From Octopus bimaculoides (Eukaryota), in assembly GCF_001194135.2 (NCBI RefSeq), contig NC_069000.1, forward strand, positions 28,172,917-28,236,916: DNA of 64,000 bases. Direction: 5' to 3'. A program made the position numbers and the translations under genes. The notes under the pieces were generated by a model. That model was not told the origin of the DNA. It ran no database searches and saw only the letters and a list, made by a program, of their open reading frames with translations. The first letter of the stretch is position 1. Each line of letters begins with the position of its first letter. Positions 52,463-64,000 of this stretch are shown here, one piece after another.

Positions 52463-53130
52463 CTCCTATAATAATAACTACTGAGTTTCTTAACTCTTTG
52501 GATCGTCCTGGAATACCTTCTCACAAACTGATATTGAAGAAAGGATTTCCTATCGTGCTCTTGAGAAATCTGGATCCCCCAAAGCAGTGCAATGGAACAA
52601 GACTAATTGTCAGGCCAATGCATCCACATCTTTTGGAACTAACAATCCTCAATGGACAAGAAAAGGGAGAAAATGTATTTATTTCAAGTATTCTACTGAT
52701 TCCAGCAGACAGGCCCTTTGAATTCAAGAGACTTCAATTTCCAGAAAGAGTTAGTCTTGCAATGTCAATTAACAAGAGTCAAGGACAATCACTCAAAATT
52801 GTTAGACTTCACCTCATGCAGCACTGTTTTTCCCATGCTCAGGTCTATGTTGGTTGATCCAGAGTTAGAAATGGTAGCAATCTCTTCATACTCACACCAA
52901 ATGGTAAAAACCAAGAATATTGTTTAACCTGCTGCTTTACAATGATCTCCAAATGTCACAATGATACAAAATTCTTCAAATATATAAATCTATGATATAA
53001 ATCTGAGATGGTAAGATACCAATAAATGGTTTATTATTATTTCTCTCTTTAGTTTTGGGCTATAGGCCCAATTAGCCCACCACAGGAGCCAGCTTTAAAA
53101 AATTTGCATGGAGTGCAGCTTTTAAGCTAG
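52462..53130 (+). mobile_element. Internally deleted Helitron carrying a PIF1 helicase C-terminal fragment
   Basis: LLRNLDP...CNGTRLIV...FKRLQFP..LAMSINKSQGQSL...FSHAQVYVG; A|TC start; CTAG|T end preceded by a short GC hairpin. Confidence 0.9.
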
Positions 53131-53764
53131 TGTATAATAATATTCTTAACGTAATTAAACACATGTAACAAGAAATTAAAATTATGCCAAACTTTCCAGT
53201 CTTTGTTTTAACAGACACACACACACACACACACGCACAGAGAGAGGGCTTGTAGTAAAATGCACCCAGTTCAGTGTTAAGGGATTGTTGATAAGAGACA
53301 AGGGACTGTAGTGGACAGCAAATAAGCGCAAGGTCCAGCTAGCCCATGCCAAAGGATTGTGATATATATGTTTGTGCATGACTGGTATTCGCTTTAATCA
53401 ATCTTGGAAGGATATCAGGCAAATGTAATCCTCAACTTGAAGCTTTACCATTTGTTGAATAAGAGAGAGAGAAAATAAAGATTAGAGAGATTTAAAGAAA
53501 AATATAAATTGAAAATAAAAGTTAATGGAAACTAAAAACCTGAATAGGAGAGAGATGGAGAGATGATGACGATAATGAGAAGTACTTACTATGATGTAAA
53601 CTGGGCACTGTAATCTGAAAATTGACTTCTCGAGGAAACATTTGTTTCTCTAAAAGAAGAAAAAAAAAAGAAAAACATTTTTTTAAAATTAAATTTTATA
53701 ACTTTAGTGTAATAATATACAATTAATGTTCGTTTGCTAAACACAAAAATGTATTTAACATATA

Positions 53765-55265
53765 CAGGGGTTGCACAAAATAATGGAGATACCTTACAAT
53801 TTCCAACAAATCTATTTTAATATGGAGTAGGACTGCCTTTGGCAGTAATTACAGCTTGAATTGTTTCCAATAGGAACTTTTGTCCATTCTTCAGCTAAAA
53901 CAGTCTCTAGTTCTTGTAGTGATGATCATCATCATCATCATCATCATCGTTTAACGTCCGCTTTCCATGCTAGCATGGGTTGGACGATTTGACTGAGGAC
54001 TGGTGAAACCGGATGGCAACACCAGGCTCCAGTCTGATTTGGCAGAGTTTCTACAGCTGGATGCCCTTCCTAACGCCAACCACTCAGAGAGTGTAGTGGG
54101 TGCTTTTACGTGTCACCCGCACGAAAACGGCCACGCTCGAAATGGTGTCTTTTATGTGCCACCCGCACAAGCCAGTCCAGGGGCACTGGCAACGATCTCG
54201 CTCGAAAATCCTACAGGAGCCAGTCAGGCGGTACTGGCAACGGCCACGCTCAAAATGGTGCATCTCATGTGCCACCCGCACAAGAACCAGTCCAGGGGCA
54301 CTGGCAACGATCTTACTTGGCTTGCCGGGTCTTCTCACGCACAGCCCATGAGGATATCGACTCCTTACTTGTTTTTCTAAAATGCACCATAAATGTTCAG
54401 TAATATTGAAATCTAGGGACTGTGGTGGCCAGATAAGATGTTCAACTTCACTAGAATGTTCCTTGTAACAACATTAACAGTAACAACTTTAGCAGTGTGA
54501 GTTGGTGCATTATCAATCAATCCTGAAAGATTGCCTTTCCCTCCAGAAACAGTTCTGCAACCATAGGATGAATTTGATCAGATAAAATGCTTATGAAGGG
54601 ATATCATTGGGCCAGCAGATTTCCAAGATATAGCCCCCCCACCCAAGACCATCACAGATCCTCCTCCATGTTTAACAGTTGGAAGAAGGCAGTCTGGGTC
54701 AAATGCTTCTTTTGGCTATCTCCATAAATATACTCAGCTGGTGGTCAGAAATAAGGTAAAGGATGATTCGACCAAACATTCTTCCACTCCTCTAGGGATC
54801 AATTCTGTAGGTTTTTACACCATTCTAAACACTTTGCAATGTTTGTTTTTGAAAGTAGTGGTTTTCTGATTGCAGCTTTGTGCAGCTCCAGGCAAACAGC
54901 TTTTGTGAAAACTGGGTTCTCGAGGTGGTCATTAAGCTCTGCAGTAATTTTGGAAGCTGTATTTTTGTGATGCTTTCTAACAATTCACGTAAGAGTCCAA
55001 CTGTCCCTATCTGAAAGTTTTTGTTTTCTTCCGGAGTTTTGTTTCGACGAGGTGGTTTTTCCCTCTTTTTCAAAGGCTGTCATTACTTTCAAGACAGTCC
55101 TTCTTGATACACCAAACATTTCAGCTGTTTTCATTACGCTAGTGCCTGCCATACGAGCACCAACAATTTCACCTCTTTGAAAGTCCGATAGATCTGTCAT
55201 TTTAATGAATTTTTATTACCTTTTTCTGATGATATCTTTGTTTCCATTATTTTGTCCAACTCCTG
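53765..55265 (-). mobile_element. Tc1 (DD34E) transposon with both TIRs, degenerate, interrupted by an RTE 3' fragment
   Basis: TIRs TA-caggggttgcacaaaataatgga and tccattattttgtccaactcctg-TA; N-terminus MTDLSDFQRGEIVGAR... Confidence 0.9.
53927..54349 (-). mobile_element. RTE 3'-end insertion nested in the Tc1 copy
   Basis: (CAT)n tail and ggatgcccttcctaacgccaacc; Tc1 homology resumes at ~54350; CpGs are retained, suggesting a younger insertion. Confidence 0.8.
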
Positions 55266-55344
55266 TACTTGTTTTCTTTGATCAGATACCTTTCACATCA
55301 ACAACCCTCTTTTCTTATGTTCATTAGAAATTAGTTACTTCTTA

Positions 55345-56242
55345 GGGACTGTCAGACTCTTACGCGAATTATTAGAAAGGATCACCAAAGTACAGCTCCC
55401 AAAATTACTGCAGAGCTTAATGACCACCTGGATAACTCAGTTTCCACAAAGATTGTTCACCGGAAGCTGCACAAAACCGGATTTCACAGGGGGACTGCAA
55501 TCAGAAAACCACTACTTTCAAAAACAAACATTGCAAAGCATTTAGAGTGGAGTAAAAACCTACAGAATTGGTCCCTAGAGCAGTGGAAGAATGTTATTTT
55601 CTCGAACAAGTCATCCGTTACCTTATTTCTGACCACTGGCCAAGTATATGTGTGGAGTTAGGCAAAAGAAACATTTGACCCAGACTGCCTTCTTCCAACT
55701 GTTAAACATGGAGGAGGATCTGTGATGATCGGGGGGGGGGGGGGCTATATCTTGGAAATCTGCTGGCCTAATGGTTTCCCTTCATGGCAGAATTAATAGT
55801 CAAAACTATTTAAGCATTTTATATGATCAAATTCATCCTATAGTTGCAAAACTGTTTCCAGAGGGAAAGGCAATCTTTCAGGATGGTAATGCACCAATTC
55901 ACACTGTTAAAGTTGTTACTGAATGGCACGAGGAACATTCTAGTGAAGTTGAACATCTTATTTGGCCACCACAGTCTTCAGATTTCAATATTACTGAACA
56001 TTTATGGTGCATTTTAGGAAAACAAGTAAGGAGTCGATATCCTCCACTATCATCACTACAAGAACTAGAGACTGTTTTAGCTGAAGAATGGACAAAAATT
56101 CCTTTGGAATCAATTCACACTTTGTACAAGTCCATACCTTGTAGAATTCAAACTGTAATTACTGCTAAAGGCAGTCCTACACCATATCAAAATAAATTTG
56201 TTTGGAATTGTAAGGTGCTTCCATTATTTTGTGCAACCCCTG
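55345..56242 (+). mobile_element. 5'-truncated Tc1 copy of the same family, in opposite orientation
   Basis: FQDGNAPIH...WPPQSSDFNITEHLW catalytic region; right TIR ...ttattttgtgcaacccctg-TA. Confidence 0.92.
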
Positions 56243-56855
56243 TACAACTGATATGGAATGGAATTAGACTGGTTACTCATAGGTTGAAAGTTCAAACCCA
56301 CAACAGGTGTTTCTAACATTGCCTCAGCTCAAATAGGGGTCAGGTATTAGATACCTGATTATTCAAGTGATTATTATTTTCTTTACATGATAGTCAATAG
56401 AGAAAGGGCAATATTTATAACACTTTTCAATGACTCCAAAAGTGGTAGGAAGACGTTATCTTCCACATGTTTAAAGGAGTAGATTCCACTAAGGGCATTC
56501 AAGGTCAAGGTGGTGATGATAAACTGCTGACAAGAATGGCCCTTCTGACAGACTACCAAATTTTGACCCAAGGCTATGGTTGATGGAATCTGCCCAAGAT
56601 ATGATGCAATGGGACTAAAACCAAAATCATGTGGTTACAAAGTGGACTTCTTAATCACAGGGTTGTGGAAATAGATTTATTTCTTATTCACTTCATGACA
56701 AGAAATCAAAGTTAAACATCATGGTACAGAATTATAGGCATCATTCTAGAGTGATCTGAAATATGTTATAAGTTTTCCAAATATGATGCCTTTGCCAAAT
56801 CTTTAGAATATTGCAAGCCTCAGTTACTTCATTGGTACTATCTCAGAACAATGAA

Positions 56856-56988
56856 AGAAATAAATAAAGCTAAATCTGTATGACTGCCCTCTGCTCTTTT
56901 AAGACTTTAGCTGAAAGATAGTCTAAATGAATTCAGAAGTCTTAAAAGATCAGAGGGCAGTCATATAGATTTAGCTTTGTTTATTTCT
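56856..56988. repeat. MITE-like inverted repeat (~50-bp arms, 29-nt loop)
   Basis: aaagctaaatctgtatgactgccctctgctcttttaagactt versus aagtcttaaaagatcagagggcagtcatatagatttagcttt. Confidence 0.8.
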
Positions 56989-58254
56989 AGAAGATAAAAG
57001 CAGTACCAAAGACCTTCCTTGTTTTAGGGCATCATGGGGGAAAAAGGAAGAAGATATTACAAATCATGAATTATCTCCCAATGCTTGCAGCAAAGTCTAT
57101 TCCACTAAAAGCACTGAAGTAACAGGTGGCAGTATTAAACCAACCAAGAGAGTAGGTCTATACAAGCAACAGGTACAGTCAGATAGGACTATGCTGTTTC
57201 ACTCAGTTGAAACTGAGGACATGTCTAACATTTGCATATCTAAGATGTGCCGTGCAAGCAAGCCATTCACTTGCCGTCACCTGCTCAAAACTAACTGGGG
57301 ACAGTCAACAACAAATAAATTTCATCATAAAAAAGAAAGATACTTCAAGAAATTGAAACAAAATGTTTAAACATTTTTCTTTTTATGTCAAAGAAACTTT
57401 GACTTAATAGCATCATAAAATTCACATTAATTGAAAACCATTTAAAAACGTGAACAGTTTAGAAAACTCATTAGGAAAATATGCTTTATTAGATTAATGC
57501 ACAAATTAAATATTAGTAGCATGCTTTTTAATTTCCAGAGTTAAGAGTTAATAAATTATTATATTATCTTACATATTAAAACTGAAAATTTCTTTGTGTG
57601 TATCGGTATGTCCTCGTTTTCTGCCAAAACGGCTTGACCGATTTTTCTTAAACTTCACACGCACATCACTTATGTGTCTGGGGAAGTTTTAAGTATAAAT
57701 TGATTTCGAAAAAAATGTTCAGATAAACGGCGGGAGGAATAACATTTGGGCGCAAGTGAACGGCAAGAGTAATTATCTTAAGCTTCCAAGAGAAATAACC
57801 TATTCATTTTCAGTATGCTTATTTCTTAGTATTTAAACTATTTTAGTTATTTCTCAATTTATCCAGTACAATGCTTAAACAAGTAAATAGTATTCTCCTA
57901 AACAATACATCCACTTATTTCGGTAGGTGACTTATTCACGAATATACCAACACTAGCGCTGCTGAGGGTAATATTCTCTGGGAATGCACAAAAGCCCTTT
58001 TCAGAGTTATTTACTTTGAATTGTTATTATCTCATATCTAATTAGCCTGTTATTACATAACATGTTTCATGATTTTAGGAAACACCTTATTATTATTTTC
58101 TCCTAAAATCTATATACTCTGGGAACGTATTAAAGCCCTTTTCGGGGCTACTTTATTTGAATTCTTTCTGTAGGGTAATTAATTTCATGATATTACATAA
58201 CTGACTTCACAATTTGGGTATTCATAACTTATTGGGAATTCCTAAAAACAAGAT

Positions 58255-58620
58255 TGCGGAGGCGCAATGGCCCAGTGGCTAGGGTAGTGGACTCATGGTC
58301 GGAGGATCGTGGTTTTGATTCCCAGACCGGGCGTTGTGTGTGCTTATTGAGCGAAAACACCTAAAGCTCCACAAGGCTCTGGCAACCCCTGTTGTACTCT
58401 TTTGCCCCAACTTTCTCTCACTCTTCCTGTTTCTTGAGTAACACTGCGATGGACTGGCGTCCCGTCCAGCTGNNNNNNNNNNNNNNNNNNNNNNNNNNNN
58501 NNNNNNNNNNNNNNNNNNNNNNNNGGGGGGGGGGGGGTGACACGCCATAGAAACCAGGAAACCGGGCCCATGAGCCTGGCTAGGCTTTAAAAGGGCACAT
58601 AATAAAATAAAATAAAATAA
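58255..58620 (+). mobile_element. tRNA-derived SINE with a Deu/Nin-like central domain and a 12-bp target-site duplication
   Basis: A/B-box head; ctgcgatggactggcgtcccgtccag core; taaaaacaagat repeated at 58243-54 and 58621-32; domain name is from memory. Confidence 0.8.
58473..58523. other. Assembly gap (51 N); a second 10-N gap is at 50680-50689
   Basis: N runs in the sequence. Confidence 1.
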
Positions 58621-58699
58621 TAAAAACAAGATCCTGTGTAAGACAGTTTGGTATTCTCTGTAAATGCACAAAAACCGTTTTAACGGCTACATACTTTGC

Positions 58700-58975
58700 A
58701 TTGTTGTTACTTGATTAGTGAAACAATTGTGAGAATGAACAAAGGGATAAGCCCACTTTTCCGGGAACTGACTGGGAGAACAATGCCTGTCATCGCCACA
58801 GATGGAGGAAGCAGGTTAAGGAGGTGGGGTCGACACTTTTGAGAGAGCACGTATCCAGCACGGCTGGTGTAGTGAATGGGGAAAGCTTGATCTGCAATGT
58901 TTGTAGTCATGTATGCTTGTCAAGAGCAGGGCTCATTAGCCACCAACGGAGCCACAAATGCAAAATATTAGTCCT
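58700..58975 (+). mobile_element. LINE 3'-end fragment with a C2H2-like zinc finger
   Basis: ICNVCSHVCLSRAGLISHQRSH, typical of RTE-type ORF C-termini. Confidence 0.65.
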
Positions 58976-60655
58976 AGAGTGCACAATGTTCTTGAAGGTC
59001 AGCAATATTTGTGTAGAAAGAAGACTGTCATACATATGTGTATATTTTTGTGTGTGTCTGTGTTTGTACCCCCACCATTGCTTGACAATTGATGTTACTG
59101 TGCTTACGTTCCCATAAATTAGCAGTTTGGCAATAGACACTGATAGAATAAGTACTAGGCTTACAAAGAATAAATCACATGGTCAATCTGTTTGGCTAAA
59201 GGCAGTGCTCCAGCATGGCCGCAGTCACATGACTGAAACAAGTAAAACAAAAAAACAAAAAAACTATGCTATTTTAATCCTGAGCAAGACCAGGTATATC
59301 TGCTAGTTTATATTTAATGGGAAAGAGGCTTTGTAAAAGAGAAATTGGCACATAAGCTAATCAGATAAGTTACCAAAACCAGATACACACCTACAAAGGA
59401 AGACAGTCTTCAGTGAAACAGCAGCAACCCCAAAATAATAGGTTATAGTGCTTACCACTGATCTGTCTAAAAAAAAGTGCAAAATAGAGCTTTCCAGTAA
59501 TATTAATTGGATACCTTTTTTATTAGTTCATCAGCAGAGAAGGGACAATACCCATGACATTTTACAGTCTCTTCTGCCCAGCTTTCCATTGGTTAGAGTA
59601 CTCCACAGACATGTATATCCTCAAAGTAGTTCTCTGAGCGATTCAGCATGACACAGAATGCTCAGTAGACTGGAGCAACAAAAAAAGTATCTAACTCAAG
59701 GACACAACATGCTACCAGGAATCGAACTCATGATCTTACAATAATGAGCCAATTACCTTGGCCATTAAGCCAGATGCCTTCTCACAGTCTCTGCACAACC
59801 GGTAAGATAGATGCAGTGGATATTTAACCTAAACATTAGCAGATAAATGTATCTAGAAAAAAATGTGCCCAAAGAGTATTTCCAATAGTGACCTCCATTA
59901 AATACATCTTAGGTCATTGTGGTAGGGCAAGGTTAAATCTGTCAGGTTTACCACTCAATTAGTGAAAAGCACAGACAAGAATTGACATGGGTTCTTACCA
60001 GTGGTACAATTTTCTGAGAAAAATGGATTGGCATTAATCATTAGGAAATCAGAAAAAATAGCTTGAGTAATTGCTCAGACTCTTTGTAATCAAAGTTCAA
60101 ATCATTGATTAAAAAGGATCTTTTCTCTCATCTTTCTGGCAGCAATAACATACAGTACAAGTCAAGTACAGGAGTCAATGTCATTTGTTAATTCCACCTT
60201 CCAAATTTTTGGCCTATAATAATATTGAATTCTTTCTTTTTTTTTCCTTTTTTAATGAAATAAGGAGGAACCAAGGTGTTATAACATGAGATTTTACAGC
60301 TTGTATCCCCATACAAAAGGATACTAACAGTAAAAGACACAAAAAAAAAAGTGTAGCCATTATAGAACATTAAAAGTCAATGGTTTAGAAAAAAAAACTG
60401 ATTTTAATAGAATGACTGCCAGGCTTTCATTTAAATACAGCTAAAAAATTTAAAAAACTTACAAGATTTTGTAGATACAAGTATATAAATTATAGGAAAT
60501 GAGAAAACTTTACAGATATGCATATTTAATATATTTGCAAGATGAAAGGATAAATATAAAAAATGTGAGTTTGAATAATTTGTTATATGTTATACAATAC
60601 AGAGTAGAAATTGTCAGTTGTAACTCTTTGAAAGAGACTAGAAATTGAAACTTAC

Positions 60656-61522
60656 TTGTTTTGCTGGAAAACACCTGTATTAGTGGTGGAGTGTTGCCTC
60701 ATTTCACGAGTATTTTCAGCTGATATTACAGCAGCATCTACACCCCGATTATAATACTGAGGCAACATTTTCCTAACAGGATTACAATTTTTGTCTAATG
60801 AAGAAACAGTTTGATACGGCAAGTTGGTGTGCATGGGTTTGTCAAGTGATTTCCATGCAATCCGAGGTACTGCAAAACTATACCTGCCAGAAACATTTTC
60901 TGGTATTGGTGATATACCATAAACGAAATCACTGCCTTTTACAGTTGTTACTGGTTGCTGCAAGGCAGAATAGTCGAAATGTTTTTGGCTCGAAATGTTT
61001 TCTTCAGTGATATAGTCTTTATTTAAATTCTTCAAATTATTTTTAACATCTGAATTTGATTTAACATTCCAGCTCAATTTTTCATACTGACATTTGGTTT
61101 TAGGTTTGTCTGCCTGCAAAACCTTTTCAGAACACTTTTTGTCAGGCCTTTTAAAAGTTAACCTTAAGATATTCCCAAAATCTATATTTTTATTTTCCAT
61201 GTTAGAAATCCACTCTTTTTGTGAAGTGGTATCATTAGCAGTAAATTGCCTATCTTTGGACACAGAACTTTCTTCAGTGGATTGGCTGTCTTCAGATACA
61301 GGATTCACATCAGTGGAACAGTCATTCATATGGGCATCGCATGGAACTTCTAATTGGCTATATTGACAATTTGAGTAGCCTAACAAATTATTTGCCTTGC
61401 TGATAGTAGAAGACATTTTTCTATGCAAAACTCTGGGACGCTTTCTTTCAGAATGTTTATTTACATGAGCATATCCTTTCATATTCTTCATTGTAGATGT
61501 ACTAAATGCTGATGATTGACAC
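60656..61522 (-). CDS. Large 867-nt symmetric (phase 2-2) exon encoding a low-complexity S/K/N-rich region of the unidentified gene
   Basis: ttttgtaatgacttcacag acceptor; open for 289 codons; AACAA|gtaagt donor; joins 51713 in frame. Confidence 0.82.
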
Positions 61523-63493
61523 CTGTGAAGTCATTACAAAACCAAAATGCAACAATGAAAATATTTTCAGTGAAATGCTTAAATCATATACAGGGAAATT
61601 ATAGTCTTATTCCAGTGAATAAAAACTAATTTTGAAATACAAAATGAATAGAAAATTTAAATAACTACAAGAAAAAAAAAAATCTGTTTCCTATTCCATT
61701 TTGTTAAGAGAAAGCATTTTTTTTTTAATTAGTTAATCTGAGCTAGTATGCCTCCTCAGAATTCTGATGTCAATGTGATTAATGCTCAGTTTGAATTAAC
61801 TTAAAAGAAAAGAACCCTAGAGGTATACAGTTCTGGATAGAAATAAACAAGCAAAAGTGTTTAGTAAGGGGTATAGGGGATGAAAAATATTTGGAAGAAA
61901 GACAGGTAAATTCAGTGAACATGGGTAGTAGACAACATACTCGTTTAGAAAAGCAGAAACTATTAAAGTAACATTCAAAGAGACATAAAGAGAATATAAT
62001 ACATCAATGCTTGTGCAGTGTGTTAGTGAATGAAAAGTTGCCTATCAATCAAGTGGCTTTTTTCTGGTTCTGAGGAGGAAGTCCAGCTTCTGAGATGCAA
62101 TCATCATAGATGACCAAACCTAGTAGCTGTTGAGTTTGGAAGATGAGTTTAGTTGTGTTGTTCATGAACATATGAGTATAACATGAATATGTTTCCATGA
62201 CACGTTTACTATAGTCTTAATCTATAGTATCAAGACAAAGTTCCCATGGCAGAATGTTTCAAGGTTCCTGTTCATAGATGTAAATTCATGCTTACCAAAA
62301 TTTGTCTAGGCTACATGTGAAGAATGTGATTGTGTGCAAACAGTGAAAAGTGAATGGTAGTGGAACATGTTTTTAGTATATAGAATGGTTTAAAATATTG
62401 CATTCTTCCCTTTATTACATAAAAAATCCAGAATCAAAAAAAGCTTGGTGTGGATTATATCAACGAAAATCTACTATAATAATACTTGTGTTTTTCTGTC
62501 ACAACATATGAATGAGAGAGAAAGGGGTGATAGATGAATAAGGACAGAAGAGGGGATGGCAGACTGGTAGTGGGATAATGTAAATTCTACAGTGGAAAAA
62601 AAGTCAGTGTTTCAACTCTGTGTGAGTATATGTAAGTAAAAGGGAGGTATGTGAATGTTTGTGTGTGTGTGTGTGTGTGTGTAATGGAAGTAGGATGGTG
62701 AACATTCAACACTGAAAAGAAAAATCAAACAGCGTTTCAACTCCATGTAAGTATATGCTTGTGTGTACAAAAGAAGTATGTGAATGTTTGTATGTGTGAT
62801 CATTATGTCCCTTATTTTGTACCTTATGTATACATAAAATACTACAATTAGCCATCATTTTTGATGGCACGAGGCCAGCTAGTCATGTAATAAAGTTCAT
62901 AAGTCTAGATAAGTTTGTATGCTGTAGAGATGAAAGTAGTCATATTATGAGCAAAATCCTTCATTGGAGAGATTCACTTTTTAATACAGCATCAAGATAA
63001 AAAAACATCTCTCTCCCTGCAAGGGATAGACTTATCCCAATTTACCTTCTTATATTATCTGTCTTTTTTGATACTATCAAATGATATCAACTACTTAATC
63101 AAAACTAGATAGCTTTGAAGTAATTTCAACTGATGTAAATATCATCGAAGAGATATCATTTTAAATCAGTAACATGAATGAGCCTGTGGACAATAATTTG
63201 TGAGTGAAAACATACGTTAAATAAATAGTTTAAGCCTCAATACCAAAACTGTAATTGAATAGAAGTTGCCTATTTATAAATTTGTTAAATGCAAGGATGT
63301 TTTTATTGATAAGAGACTATTATTATTAACTGTCAGACCTGGGCCTTTATGTCTAACTTTACACTCTAACTTGGCTCTTGAGGGGGGTAAAAAAAGTTGC
63401 ATACACAGCTTAAGTGTAATGATTGCAAGCAACCTAATGGATAGAATCACAAAAAAAAAAAATCAGGAGAATAACAGACCTATCTCTCAACTA

Positions 63494-63590
63494 TCATATT
63501 TTTTCATCCAAATCACTATTTTCTTCATTAATTTGACCAGTTTCATTATCTGGGTCACTTTCATTGTCTGCATATGGGTAAACTTTGTAT
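63494..63590 (-). CDS. Terminal coding exon (YKVYPYADNESDPDNETGQINEENSDLDEKI-stop), either an alternative last exon of the minus-strand gene or the end of an upstream gene
   Basis: ttttgttcttcag acceptor, phase 2, 32 codons to TGA. Confidence 0.65.
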
Positions 63591-64000
63591 CTGAAGAACA
63601 AAATATCACCAATAATTTTCTCAATTGAAAAGAACCTAGGCCTTTCTTGTTTACTAGACAAAGTGTTGGGATCATCACATGCTCATTTCATTGCAAAAAT
63701 CTATTTCTTTATTTTTTTCCTGATTAACAGCAAAATTAAACTATAGCAATGGGGGACATCATTAACAAGGAGTCATAAACATACTTGACTACAATGCTGC
63801 CATGTGATTAGTTGTCTATTTTTAGTATTTTATCTTCCTTTTTCTATGTGTGTTGTTCATTACTGCTTTAACAGGAATCCTGTAGAGATAATATTTTGGC
63901 TATTCCCACTATACTGGAAACACAGTGCAATAGGGTTAATGTAGTGAGTGGGCAGAATTATTAGTGCAGACAAAACACTAAACAGCATTTCTTCTGGCTC

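Larger units (their letters stand above)
57567..58700 (+). mobile_element. Non-autonomous Helitron/DINE-1-like element, interrupted by a SINE
   Basis: A|TC start followed by the typical aaaacggcttgaccgatttttcttaaactt block; internal attctctgggaatgcacaaaa subrepeats; 3' end uncertain. Confidence 0.55.

Noticed and set aside
54003-54403. Several overlapping GC-rich ORFs
   Set aside because: They lie within the tandem subrepeats of an RTE 3' fragment nested in the Tc1 copy.
58255-58335. tRNA gene (also 38560-38637 and 39250-39310)
   Set aside because: The A/B-box-like heads run directly into SINE bodies, and no full cloverleaf is evident.
63266-63628. 120-aa plus-strand ORF with a hydrophobic end
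   Set aside because: It is antisense to the better supported minus-strand exon 63494-63590 and has no splice or homology support.

Overview
Eukaryotic, AT-rich, repeat-dense DNA, most likely from an octopus (inferred from the SINE/RTE families and microsatellites), with two assembly gaps. The ORF track misses the main feature. Bases 471-28349 (+) hold a tandem array of 42 microexon copies: 38 intact and 4 inactivated. Every intact copy is exactly 30 nt, AG/GT-flanked and phase 1-1. They are arranged as a six-exon (A-F) repeat of ~3.8-5.5 kb. Spliced, they give an open 380-aa E/V/T/S-rich repeat (unit DVVQQDERPK-EQPSEAEATV-EIIRETETRI-EKPSEVESTV-EVVTEKVTRT-ETRSEVESTV), and any subset of exons can be skipped without a frameshift. 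The gene's 5' part lies outside the window, so I cannot name it. Downstream is a 3-coding-exon SNX21/SNX20-family gene (+, join 33037-33457, 43345-43460, 45574-46257; 406 aa). An unidentified convergent minus-strand gene follows, with phase-2 exons and a hydrophobic C-terminal tail. Mariner, Tc1, pogo-like, Helitron, RTE, REL-type LINE and SINE relics are scattered throughout. Several long inverted repeats are present, including a palindromic SINE pair that carries a minimal hammerhead-ribozyme-like motif. All coordinates were counted by hand.
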